Source: Camelus dromedarius (Eukaryota). Taken from it: a DNA stretch of 64,000 bases. Numbering within the stretch: the stretch's first letter is position 1; every line of letters starts with the position of its first letter. The translations under genes were made by a program, and so were the position numbers. The notes beneath the pieces are model-generated. The model made no database searches, was not told the DNA's origin, and saw only the letters and a list, made by a program, of their open reading frames with translations. The stretch covers positions 37,388,001 through 37,452,000 of the forward strand of contig NC_087437.1 in assembly GCF_036321535.1 (NCBI RefSeq), given 5' to 3'. Shown piece by piece: positions 13,640 to 25,723 of this stretch.

Positions 13640-14260
13640 TAATCACAAAGTACAATCTGGTTCTCAAAGAGTTTACAGTCTGGTAAAGGATATAGATATT
13701 AGTGGAATAACCATTATAATGAATGTATAATGACAAACCAAGATAAATGTTCTGGTTGAAAGTCACTAGGCTCTGTAAGTGCATTATAAGAAGGACCTGA
13801 GCTAGACAAATCTAGATAAGTGGGTCAGAGAAACCTTTCTGAAGAAGTAACACCCAAGCAAAAGTATAAGATGAATAGTAGCTGGATATTAAAATGGAGG
13901 CAGTGCTTGGGTGCAGAGAGGGTCTGCCTAGCAGAGAACAGAGCGTTGCCTTACTGGTGGAAGAGCAAATGATGTGTTCAAAGAACCAAAAAAAAAAAAA
14001 AAAATGCTGTTGTGCTAGAAGTAATACGTAAGCATAAATAAGGAAGTAATATGTAATGAAGCTTAAGAAGGAGTCTGGGACCAGATAACACACAGCTTTA
14101 TAGATCATGCTTAGCAATATTAGATTTTAAACAGGGAAGTTGACCTCACAAGATCTGCAAATATCACCTTGGCTTCCATGTAGGGAATGGGTTGGAGAAG
14201 GGCCAGAGTGGGGGAGATCACTTAGTAGGTTACTTCAGCTGAGACATGATGGGGGATTGG
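13640..14260 (-). mobile_element. L2 fragment
   Basis: 'gtcagagaaacctttctgaagaag', 'gatgtgttcaaagaacc', 'atcaccttggcttccatgtagggaatggg'. Confidence 0.65.
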
Positions 14261-14657
14261 CATGTTGTATAGGAGTACACACAGTCTTAAAAAAGATTTG
14301 CTAGCTACATGCCAAATGTGCCAGAATTAAATGTGGGAAATAGTACCCAGGGCCCAACAGTTTCCATTTGAAATAGCTTGTATTAATAGCCATATGTACA
14401 CAATAAAGAACTTGTAATATTTCTCTTGCATGCGTGCTTCTTTTAACCATTAGAGTGATCCTGTGAGGAAAGCCAGTAGCTCTTTCCCCATTTTTACCAA
14501 GTCAGTGTAATATCAGAAAAGAAAAATGTCTTGTCAAAGGCAAACGGTAAATAGCAGAATCAAGTCATGTTGGACTCTGGATTCCACGTCTTTCTCCTAC
14601 TGCATTGAATCCACATAACTTAAACCTTTATCTTCCTGTATAAAAAATTATACCTAC

Positions 14658-14902
14658 TCTAAGACAGTGAACACTTTTCTGCATGTTTGCATGCTCAATT
14701 ACAATTGTCAAATTTTCTTCTCTTTTCTTAGGGTCATACTCTGCTGAATACTGAACAACAATGATAACAAACAGAAAACTGTGCTGGGCCATTCCCATGG
14801 GTCCATTTCTCCTTTTCAGCATACGCTGATAAAGAACTTTGATTCTCCATGACCAACAACTGACAAGCACGCTTGTAAAACTTTTCAAGTGGACTTTAGA
14901 AT
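14658..14902 (-). pseudogene. Exon remnant covering MULE second-Asp region
   Basis: tatttatag acceptor, AGA|gtaggt donor, stop-free frame (overlaps ORF 14628..14888). Reads DSKVHLKSFTSVLVSCWSW...FLFVIIVVQYSAEYD...HCLR. Needs a 1-nt frameshift relative to the previous exon. Confidence 0.65.
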
Positions 14903-16744
14903 CTATAAATACATTCTAGACAGACAACATTTAGTGTGGATCCCAGGGAAATGACAGGAGGCAAACACCACTCAGCATCATTTGAGTTATTTTCTTCATT
15001 AAAATTTTCTTCCTAAAGTGATGGGTCATCTTAATTTTTAAAAAGCCACCCCCTTCCCAAAAGGCTTAAGGCACCTATCAGCTACAGCATTATACAATCT
15101 GAATTCATTAAATAGTTATGTGGAAAAGGGAACAAGCCCTGTGCAATGAGCTAAAATTGCTGACACAGTGCTCTAACAGGTTCTTTCCCAGAGGTTTATT
15201 GCAGTAATATAAGAAATCACTCAACTTATGAAGTTCAAAGAAACTTTTTGGATAGATTTTTTTCGGGGGGGGGTTACATTTTTGAGAGATGCAGCAGGCA
15301 AGTATGAGATACTGCTTGCAATAATTTAAGAAGGAACATTTGGGCAAATACAAACTCTGACTTAACTGGTATTTTCTTATTTATTCAAAATTCAAGACTT
15401 TTGAAGCTTCTTATGGTAAAAAATCATTTAAAGTTTGTAGGAGAAAAGAAGTTTCTATTACTACTGAAAACAGAGGCCTAAGCCCTATTTTTTTTTTTTT
15501 ATCACTACGTTTACACTTTTTTTTTCTTTGACATTTTAATGGAATATACAGAAAATGTTATTCTATACAATTGCTTAGTAATGCTTGGTATTTGGAAAAA
15601 AACAGATTTTACAGACTCTTTATTTTTCTATCATATTCATCTTTCTTCTTCATAATTAATTCAGATTTGCCAGTAAGCTCTGTGTTATTTCACCTCTCTT
15701 GAGAGATTTTTGTAATGAAAAAATAGAAAAATTTTCAAATTAGCATGTGCAATTCAAAAGAAAGTCATCTTGGAAAATTAGCATTATATCATGTATTAAT
15801 TTAAGAGTTTGCTTAGGAATGACCTCCCTTCTAGAAAGAAGAGAGCATATATTAAACATTTACAGTCTGATAAATTAAGTTTTGATTAAAGAGGAAGAAG
15901 AGGAAATAAATTAAATCTTGATTTAAACATAGGTCCTGGATTTGATGAGTGTGGTAACAACCAGTTAATTAAATGTTATCTGTTTATATTTCACATAAAT
16001 GTATGTGCCTAACAGAAATAAATGTGCTTCATGAAATAAAACAAAGTAATTAAAATAGAAAAAAAATAATTTCACTAAACAGATTATTTTAAATTAAACA
16101 ATTCAATATAAATATATTATTAAAGAAAAACTATCATTTATTTAATGTCTACCTATGAATCACAACATTTACTTATCATCCAAATTCAACATACTTAAAA
16201 ACAAACAAAAAACTGCAAAATACTTGATTATTCCTGGTCTTTTTTAAAAATGGTAGTTGCAATTTGCTAGAGACTCCTATTGTCTCTAAAGAAGAATTCT
16301 TGCAATTTTGGATGTTTTTGGCTTTACTCACATGGCACAGAATGAGATTCTTTTTTCATTCCAAGTAGCTTTATACAAAGTTAGGAAAAGTGATAAGGCA
16401 GAAGATTGGCCCCAACTTCATATTTCAAAGTTAAACCATAAATGTCTTCATTCTAATTTAAGTTAAGGTTTTTGTGCTTTGAGATATCTATGGAAAATTT
16501 TACATATGATATTACAAAATGGTTAAAGGTCTGAAATTGTATCCAAAGCAAAGGTTAGACTAAGGCTAAATTGTATTAATTTTTTTCCCCCACATAAAGT
16601 CAGTGACACACTTTTTGAGCTGCATTATTGTATAACAATGTCACATTTGGACCTAACAGTTTCATGCTGAAATCAATGGCATCTAAACCTAAAACCAGTT
16701 CTTATATAAATATCTTCTTTTAAAAATAGATTATAACATCTTAC

Positions 16745-16899
16745 CTTGTTATAAAAGATGAAGAGTATTGGCTGAGGTCCATCAAACAGTTTCCAGATTC
16801 CAACCACATTATAAGTAATTTTACAATTCCACTGAAATGAATGCATCTTAAATCCTTTGTGTCCAAAATTATATGAAGCATCACCATGGCAACACGATT
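16745..16899 (-). pseudogene. Exon remnant with MULE first catalytic Asp (HGDASY)
   Basis: cttttctttag acceptor, AAG|gtaaga donor, stop-free. Reads SCCHGDASYNFGHKGFKMHSFQWNCKITYNVVGIWKLFDGPQPILFIFYNK, compare MULE D-A/G-T-Y...P-h-x-F. Confidence 0.7.
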
Positions 16900-17844
16900 C
16901 TAAAGAAAAGATATTTCAGAAATTAAGAAGTCTGAAAAGTAAATGTCGGAGACCAGTAATTCTGGAGTTCTTGCTCTTTGAAGAATTCTATATATTTATA
17001 TGAATGTTTAAACCTATTAAGTCATAGGTTACATATATTACCAAAAGTACATTTACTTATGAGTAAAATTACTTGCCTCATCCCAACAATACATTTAAAA
17101 TACATCATCAGTATCGAGTACTTCTGAAATGAATATTAATATACCTTAAAGTATGATCACATTTGTGTTTACAAATATATCCAGTGTTCAATTTCATCTT
17201 ACATATTGTATACTGCTTTTAAATTTTCAAATAAATTTGACCCAATTTACGAATGTTTTTGAGAATGGTTTATTTTATATAAAGGACACTAGATATTACA
17301 TACTTGTGCTACCTTTGAGTACACACCTGTTTGTGTGTTAGAGACACAAAAGTAGTTTCAAACAAGAATCTTAGCCCTTGGACCTGTACCCATCAGTTTC
17401 ATTTTAAAGCAAGACACAAAAGATTGCCTCATACTCTAACTCTACAAAAAGTTTTCTAATAAGGATTATAGTTATAGTCCCATATGTACAAACTGATAAT
17501 ATATAAGTCTTTACTTCAGTATACTGACTGCCTGAAATAATAATCAGGGTATCTCTGGAAATATAGGTGCATATTCATAACCTCTCAGCAGCACCATGTT
17601 AATGTTTTTTTAAAATTTTGTTTCATGTTAGTTAAGAAATACATATTGAAATAGCCTGAGAACTTCATTAATACAAAAAAAATACTAACATGCAGATTAA
17701 TTCATTTGACATACATTAATTTACACACCAGTGTAGGGAGACCATATTTTCCAAAATTGTAACAATCTAGCAAAATTATTTGCTAATTTCTTTTAGAGTG
17801 TTAATAAGAACATAAGCAAAAGAGCTACATTATAAGAAATTTAC

Positions 17845-17942
17845 TTATTTAGAGTTTTAATACTTTCAGAAAGCATCCAATGAATTTCTTCTAAAATATT
17901 TTGTTTTGTAATACCAATGCCATTGAGTTGGGCACTATACTT
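17845..17942 (-). pseudogene. Exon remnant immediately upstream of first catalytic Asp
   Basis: gtcaacag acceptor, gtaaat donor, 98 nt, phase 2 to phase 1, in frame with both neighbours. Reads SIVPNSMALVLQNKIF*KKFIGCFLKVLKL*I; the LVLQ strand is typical ahead of the MULE D1. Confidence 0.55.
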
Positions 17943-19219
17943 CTGTTGACAACAGCATATATATATATGCTATTACACCAAAATATATACTTTTAAACAC
18001 AGCAGTTAGTATTTACAAAAACTTTCTGAAAGTATTTTAAGATTTGAGATATCATGCTTTTCTTGGATAACAAGGGGAATTTTATTAAGACAAAATGAAA
18101 GAAAAAAAAACTGACAGTCCTCTTAGTAGACACAGTTCTTAGATTACTTCGTCCAGGTAAGGCATTTAGGAAAATAATAATTCAAATTACATTTGTAGGA
18201 TGAGATGATCTTTTAATTTATACCAACAGAAAAGAATCAAGGGTTATCATTAGCTATTTGAAGACATCAGTCCTATAATTCTGTAGCTAAAGCAATATCA
18301 TTAATGATTGCATATTCTAGAAAATTAACTAAAATAGATTTTTCACAGAATTCTGATTATTTAATGGAGAAGTGCTTCCAGTTTTTTTTTTCCTCATTTA
18401 AAATCAGCAAAAGAGAAACACAGATTGAATTATCAAAGTAACAATAAAGTTATATGAGAAAGGCTAATATATAGGACTCTTTAGGATGATATAGAGGAGA
18501 GAAGTTTACAATAAAATTACATGGAAAAATAAGCAAATAAAACAATAGTATGAACTTAGACTTTGCTCATCAAATCTCTGACCTTAGAAGTAAAATAATT
18601 CCTTGAATAAAAAAAGCTTTTACAAAAGAAAAACAAAACAAAACTGATTTTTTTCATGTGGAAAAAAAAACTTTTGAGTAATATGCTTCTTATGCCTAGG
18701 AGAGTAATTCAAAATACTGTGTTGTAAAACTCAGGATGTAGATTGTCTCTGATGAAACTGCAGATTTTTCAAAACATGCTTAATTTATTTTGTTTTTCAC
18801 TATATAAATCTTCCACAAAACACTCATAGGAAAAGTGAAGTGAGATTAAGCCAAACAACTTTATGTATAACACAAAAATTGTCATGATTTACTGATTTAT
18901 AAAATTGAATACCTTATGGCCAAAATACATACATCCTTCTAATAATATGCAGGATATATAGAAAGTAACAATAAATCCTTTATAGCTTCTTATTTATAAA
19001 AAAAGAAAAATAGAAGAGTTAACAAGTCTTGATCTATAAAAATCAAATGAAATGAATACCTGATGTAATTATTCACATTATTGAACAAATGTTTATTGAG
19101 AGTTTACTTTGTCTTTATATACTTCAATGCACTAGGGAAATAAGGACCACAGATCAGTCCCCTTAAGAAATTCTTAATGAGGAACTGTTTTCCTCAATTA
19201 CTAAATATTTTTCTTTTAC

Positions 19220-19508
19220 TCTGAATGATCTGGAAAATTGCCTGAAGTCTTGACTTTGCATTGCTTATGTAGATGCAATTTCCATGGCCTGTATTCTTCC
19301 AAGTATCCAAATTCCTCCCTGGTAGTATTTAGGTATCTAGAGCAGCAAATCTCTTCAGTCCACAAGGGAACCACTTAGAGTGTTATTGCTGTAGTTCATT
19401 AAGTGGTACCCTATTGGTTTAGAGTTAATAGGCTTTCTAAGCACCTAAGTCATTATCAGTGAGAAACTCTGCCCATAGAAATGTTTTATACATGGATAAT
19501 GAGGTTGA
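19220..19508 (-). pseudogene. Exon remnant between zinc ribbon and transposase core
   Basis: ccttttaacag acceptor, gtaaaa donor. Fragments IKHFYGQS, VLRKPINSK and WTEEICCSRYLNTTREEFGYLEEYRPWKLHLHKQ...DHS. Ends in phase 2, in frame with the next exon. Confidence 0.45.
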
Positions 19509-20294
19509 CTGTTAAAAGGTCAATTCTTCTTCTGCTCACAGGTAAAAAGGAAGTACTAAGCATAAGCTCAAACTAACAAATGGTGGGTTTATATCTGCCA
19601 CCCAAACAATGGAATTGTCTTGACTCAATCAAGATTCTCAGGATTCCTAGAAGTATTTATACTTTTGATAGGTATTGACTATTTACACACTTATTATTTA
19701 CATTGTGTTAAAAATCACTTATTTCAATAGTTAAAATATATGTTAACGGCTCCAAAGATCTATATTATTTTAACTCCTCTTACTGTTTATCCTAACAATG
19801 TTGGATTATATAATAAAGAAAAGCTAAGTTAAAAGCTGAAGGAGGAATTAACATTACGTGGACACAGTTGTCTTCAATGTTTTTTTTTAAAGAGAGAGAG
19901 AAAGCATATAGTATTGACTTCCATGAAAACAGTCAGAAAAAGTATTTTTTGAATTAAAGCTCATTTTATATCTTACATGTTTAATCTGTTTAATCTTTTA
20001 TCTTTAATCATTTTTGAAAATGTAAAGGAAGATATATATATCTCACATACATAAAAATTTGATATATAGATATAGAATTTGTTTCTCTTTTGACTTACAA
20101 ATGTTTCATCAGCTTGCCATTTCACATTGATTTTTAATTTGCCAAACAAGATGCTCATATTTGGTTTTTGAAGTATAATATTGCATAAAGTTTCTTATAG
20201 AATTTACTTCAAAATATTTATTTTAGAGAGTAAAACTTAAACAGTTTGCTTCTACATTATAAAGACTTATAATTACTGTCATTTACTTATCCAT

Positions 20295-21170
20295 TTTATC
20301 ATTCAATCACTAAATATTTATTAAATACATGCTGTGTACCATTAAGATTTTTGGCATCAGGGATGTAACTGTGAACTTGAAAGACAGTTTCCTGCTTTCT
20401 TGGCACCTATATACTATACTAATGGAGAACCTGAGAAGTAAAATAAATGAATGAGCAAATGAATGAATGAATAAACAAACAAGATAGGAAGAAAGTAAAT
20501 AGAGTAATATGATGAAGAAGTGAATGTTACCTGGGCAGGAGAGGTCTCTCTGAGAAAGTGACATTTAAACTGGACATCCTACAAGTGGGAACCATGCTAA
20601 GATCTAAGGCAAAGAAAGACATGACAGGGATGAGGCACAACAAATCCAAAGGCCTTAAATTTAAGACAAGCTTAGGGCTTTTCAGGCACAAAACAAAGTG
20701 AAGTCTAGCTTCACCACAGGAAAGGCGCAGGGCTAGTGTTGTAAGAATGGAAGTTACTAGTCAAGGAGCATAACGTTGCCTTTAAGCAAGATGAATAAAC
20801 TCTTGATACTTTCTGTATAACACTGTATCCACAGTCAACCTATTGCACATTTAAACATTTCTTAAAAGAAAAGATCTCATGTTGTGTTCTTTCCACAATG
20901 AAATTAAGTTTTAAAAAATAATAAAATAAACCAATTTGGTCCTCCCTCTCCCCTCCCCAAATAAAGAGGTTAGGAAGGGAAGCAAATCATGCAGGGCCTT
21001 GAAATTCAAGGTAAAGAGTTTTAACGATATTTAAATACAGCTGGAGTCACCTGAGGATTTTAACATGGAAGTAACATGATTTGGTTGGAGTTTTTTAAAA
21101 ACCATTCTGACTGCTGGAGAATGGATAACAAGGGACAAAAGAATAGAAGCCAGAAGACTAGTTAAAGACA
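20295..21170 (-). mobile_element. L2 fragment interrupted by a short L1 3' end (about 20740-20930, + strand)
   Basis: 'cattcaatcactaaatatttattaaatac' L2 end; internal 'gtcaaggagcataac...aaaagatctcatgttgtgttctttccac' L1 3' end. Confidence 0.65.
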
Positions 21171-21644
21171 GGAACCTACAAGAACATTTAGGATTTTAGC
21201 TCAACCATCTGTGTACATTTTCTGAGATGAGCAATATTTAAATGGCTGTCTTGATTGAGTTTGAATGCTAACATTATTAAATTTTGTATTAGTTACTTTG
21301 AAAAATAGTGTAAGGAAAAAGAATAAGGCAGTTTTGTGTCAATAGAAGCTTAAAATTATACAACAGTAATCACTTCTTCACTTTTATCAGCGTCAACTTT
21401 GAGATTCAAGAAGCCACAAATACATTTTTCTTAATTCTATCTTTAAAATTTAATATATTGTGTATCCAAAATACAAATTCAGAACATCCTAGTCTAATAT
21501 TTCTTTAACTGCTGATAGATGTTATTCAAGAATAAAGTCTGGGTTCAAATATTCCATAAAGAAATAATGGTTCCCAATATCTAATGATACATCACACAAC
21601 TCTCTGAGGATATCACACTGCTAAAAGTTTCATAGTAAAATTAC

Positions 21645-21745
21645 CAGCTGGGAACTAACGTCCTTTAAAGGACATATTCTGATTATCAGAGGGCACTTGA
21701 CTTTTGTAACTGTGCTGAGCCAATGCTGTTTAAAATATTCTCTTC
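21645..21745 (-). pseudogene. Exon remnant with WRKY-type zinc-ribbon motif (TKVKCPLIIRI)
   Basis: tctcctag acceptor, CTG|gtaatt donor, stop-free. Reads (G)REYFKQHWLSTVTKVKCPLIIRICPLKDVSSQL, matching the MULE N-terminal S/T-K-x-x-C-P-x-x-I-x-I pattern. Confidence 0.6.
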
Positions 21746-21869
21746 CTAGGAGACACCACAAGCAGCTTTGGAAATACAGAGTACAATAGTCAAGTCACCC
21801 AAGTTAACATTCAAAATAGTCAACATTAGAGAAATAATGTCAAGTTTAAGAAAAGGGCTATTTAATTAT

Positions 21870-22143
21870 TCAAGCAAATTGGAAATGATATATTTCATCA
21901 GCTTTGTTCTTGTAAAGCTCCATTTCACTTGCATCTTACAATGCAATTGTTTCCACTCCTCCTTTTCTCTTAAAAATAGCTTATTTTGCTTTAAAGTTTA
22001 AAGTTCAAAACCTGAATGTTTGTACTTTGACAACAGGAATTCTTTCTAATTTCTCCCCAATTTTAAAAGAACCAGTCCAGTAACTTTTAATGATTTACTT
22101 CTTCAATACCAAAGTGGCAGCTTTTATCCAAATGTAATTCAAA
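21870..22143 (-). pseudogene. Exon remnant, start of WRKY/FAR1-like DNA-binding region
   Basis: ctgcttttag acceptor. Fragments in shifting frames: FLREKEEWKQLHCKMQVKWSF and YKNKADEIYHFQFA. The donor appears mutated (ataatt). Confidence 0.4.
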
Positions 22144-23570
22144 CTAAAAGCAGGGCTTATTCCATTAATGAAGTTTACTGAAACTACAATTTTAAGATAG
22201 TTAAAAATATTAAGAAATTTAAAATTAGACTACTCATTTTAGCTTGAAACCATTAATATTTCATTATTGTTATTTATTTCAGGAAAACCACCAGCATTAT
22301 TAGGGGTTATATCAAGTATCTCAGAACCAGCCCACTAGAACATGACAAGTCTTAACCCAAAGGCCAGTGCTTGAGAGGCAGACTATATATAGCATCCTCT
22401 TCCTTAGGTTCTAAGGACGATGCCTGGGCTGACTTTCCTTCTGCTTATGCATTAAGGCTTAACTAGACAGAGGTGCATAAGGAAGAAGGAGAGATGAAGA
22501 AAGCATGATACAAGAGGTGTAGTAATAACAATGTGAACCCAAGTTAAAAGAAGTATTGCCTCAGGAAAAAGGAGATAGCAAAGAAAAATGATTTCAAGTC
22601 CATTTCACTAGATGTGATTTCTACATAGCATGATGTTGCAGTAGGGATGATGCATGGATGACACTACTACTTTCAGCTGCCTAAGTGGATTTTCTATTGT
22701 TGGACTTTAATTTCTTTAATTCAAGGCCTTATTCCTTGTTAAAATGAAAAGACCACAGGCAAGGATAATGCAGTTGGCAGCCCACAATTGCTTTTTCAAT
22801 ATGCCTTTCTTGTTAAATAGTTACTTTCCAACTGACGCTTGAGCAAGTAGTCAGATCTTAGAATGGTAGAGAAAGAGACATAAATTTGAAGCCCTGCTCC
22901 CCTTACTAACTGTAGCATCCTGAATAGGATTCATCTTTATCTGAGTTTAAGTTTCATCATATACACTAGACACAAACATTTCACTTATAGAATGAATAAG
23001 ACAAGTAAAAGCTACCACACAAAAGAACTAGAGGAACTTATTTAACATACTAGGTGATCAAAATAGATTAGTTGAACTTATTTAACAAATACCAGAGAAC
23101 AAACTTTACATGTTGGTGATGTTCAGAGAATGAAGCTTCTAGGAAGAATACAGAAGGGCTTATAAAGTGAGGATGGTAGAACCAGGTAGGATTTGTGGAT
23201 CATATAATATAAGTATAAAAGTCCTTGACAAGCGATTTACAAGCACAAAGGAGATGAAAAGTACTGATTAAACTCAGTTCATGCTTTGCCTTGGGGCAGT
23301 AGAAATAAATCTTAGTTCTTAAATTCAGACATGCAAAAGATAATATTTCCTTGTTTTGTTTAAATTTAAGCCCAGCTCACAATTACTGGAGCCCTCTCCT
23401 AATTCTTGAGGTTGTGCAAGAATTTTGGAGGCGTAAATTGTGCTTCCAAAATAGAAAATCGCCTTTCAGTTCTCATTCTACTGGGATCACCGATGACGCC
23501 CTCTTCTGCCCAAAATCCCTCGGTACCTTGAATAGCAGCAACTCTGCCTTTATCCCACCCTGGAAGCATG

Positions 23571-24213
23571 ATGTATTTGTTTCCTATTACAGCCATAACA
23601 AAGTACCACAAACTAAAGTCAAAATAATACACATAATACGTAATATACTCGCACAATTCTGTAGTTCAGCAATCCAGGTTGGTTTGGCTGGTTTCCCTAC
23701 TCCAGGTTTCACAAGACCAAAATCAAGGTGTTAGATGGCTGGTTTCTTTTTGGGATCCTCAGTAATAGTATGCTTCTGAGCATAGTCAGGTTATTGGTAG
23801 AATCCAGTACCTTGTGGTTATAAAATTGAGGTTCATTATCCTTGCTGGCTGGTGGCTGGTGGCTGTGATTAGCTCCTAGGGTATCACCCAGGTACTTGAA
23901 CATAGGCGCTGCATCTCAAAGCCACAAGTATAGTCAAATCCTTCTCACTCATAGATTCCCTTTCCCACTTTTTCTTCTACCTTTATCTTCTGCCACATCT
24001 GTCTGACTCCAGCCAAAGGATTCTTTCTGCTTTTAAGCTCTCATGTGATTAGATGGGACTCACCCAGTTAACAAAGGATAATCTCCCTATTTTAAAGCCG
24101 GTACCTTAATTATATCTGCAAAGTCACTTCATAGCAGTACCCATATTACTGTTTGAGCAAGTTATCAGGGGACGAGACTCTTCCTGGACATCTTTAGAAT
24201 TCTACCTATCACA
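23571..24213 (-). mobile_element. MLT1 solo LTR
   Basis: 'tgtatttgtttcctattacagccataacaaagtaccacaaact...tctcatgtgattagatgggactcacccag...ctacctatcaca'. Confidence 0.75.
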
Positions 24214-24270
24214 CATGGATATCTTAAATGAGGTTAGGAACCTCATTTAGGCTTCACTTAACCCACTTAC

Positions 24271-24341
24271 CTGCACAACATTCCATAATGAGTTTTTTTC
24301 TTTCTCAAGAGCTCTTCAAAGAGATGAAATTTCCTGCTAAT
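24271..24341 (-). pseudogene. Exon remnant (ISRKFHLFEELLRKKKTHYGMLC)
   Basis: ggtttgcag acceptor, consensus CAG|gtaagt donor, open frame. Confidence 0.4.
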
Positions 24342-24794
24342 CTGCAAACCATAGACATCTTTATTAACCCTGACTGTGGGAAATATATCCCTTCTCTCTC
24401 TTTTCCTTCCTCTCTGGCTTACCACCTATGATCTCAATGAGACGAGGCCCTCACAAATGACTATAGGAGATACATCTTTAGTTGGTTTATGTTTTCTAAG
24501 TTCTAAGATCCTATGCCATCCATTCTCTTGAGACAAAAAAAAATATAACATTTCTGGCTATACTCCTGTAACAGGAAGCTGTGAGTAGAACACATACAAG
24601 TTAATATCTCAAAAAATTATCTTGCCATATTGGAAAACTAGTTTTGTGGCATTATTAATTTGTATTGGAATTGATTTAAAATGCTTGCTACATTGATAGT
24701 AGATTAATAGCTAAACAATATATGGAATTACTAGAATCTACAAAATAGGTGAATTCAAGAAAAGTTTATAATAAGATTAAGGAAAAGTTAGGTG

Positions 24795-25723
24795 CCTGTT
24801 TCAGCTTGCTATGGCTGCCATTACAAAGTACTGCAGAGTGGTTTTGCAACAGGGAGGAAGAAATCTGACTCTGTATTAGATCCATTCCTTTAGTTCTAAC
24901 CCTGTGCTCTGCTTGCTGTGGTTAGTCATGTTGGTTCTCACCTTTTGTAAAAGAATGTTGCCTATAGCCTGAAATACTGTTTAGCTCATTCTCAAGGTTC
25001 TGACCTTTAACGGTGTAACACTTTTACATTCATATAGAGATAAAAAGTTGCAGGACAGAGAATAACATTTATCTTGTTGGAGGTTTATAGGAACATCATG
25101 ACCTGACCTATATGGACAGCTGAAAGAACAGAGGATTCCAAACACTAAGAAGTGTGCAAAAACCAGTCACACCCCCTCCCCTTTTTAGTATAAAAAGAGC
25201 CTGAATTCTGATGTGGGGAAGATGGTTCTCCAAGACAGTAGTCTGCCATCTTCTCAGTCTGCTGGCTTTCCAAATAACATTGTTATTTCTTGCCCCAACA
25301 CCCTATCTCCCGATTTATTGGCCTGTTGTAAGGCAAGCAGAACGAGTTTGGACTTGGTAACAGTTTAATAACAGAAATTTATTATCTCCCTACTCAAGAG
25401 GGATCAGGATGTCATCAGGGTCATGTTCTCCCTGCAGAAACTAAGAAAAGGACTGTTCCAAACCTGTCTCCCAGCTTTGATAGCTTTTTGGCTTGTGCCA
25501 TAATTACTCCAATCTTCAGATGTGGTTCTCCCAGTATGAGTGTCAGTACCTGTGCCCAAATTGTCCCTTTTTATAAGAACCAGTCATACTGGATTGAAGT
25601 TCACCCTAATGACCTCATTTTAACTTACTAGCCTCTGTAATGACCCTATTTCCAAATAAGGTCATATTCTGAGGGTCAGAATCCCAACCTATTTTTTAGG
25701 GGGGGCACAATTCAAACTGTAAC
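24795..25723 (-). mobile_element. MLT1 solo LTR split by a younger ERV LTR
   Basis: MLT1 start 'ctatggctgccattacaaagtac' resumes at 25363 'gtttaataacagaaatttatt' and runs to 'aattcaaactgtaaca'. Confidence 0.8.
24845..25362 (+). mobile_element. ERV1-class solo LTR
   Basis: TG...CA termini (tgcaaca...ggtaaca), 4-bp TSD GTTT (24841-24844 and 25363-25366), TATA-like tataaaaa near 25189. Confidence 0.85.

Noticed and set aside
6056..22143. Assignment to ZSWIM3, HMGXB3, GREB1 or another named gene
   Set aside because: The peptides do not match the sequences of those proteins as I recall them, so no symbol is given.
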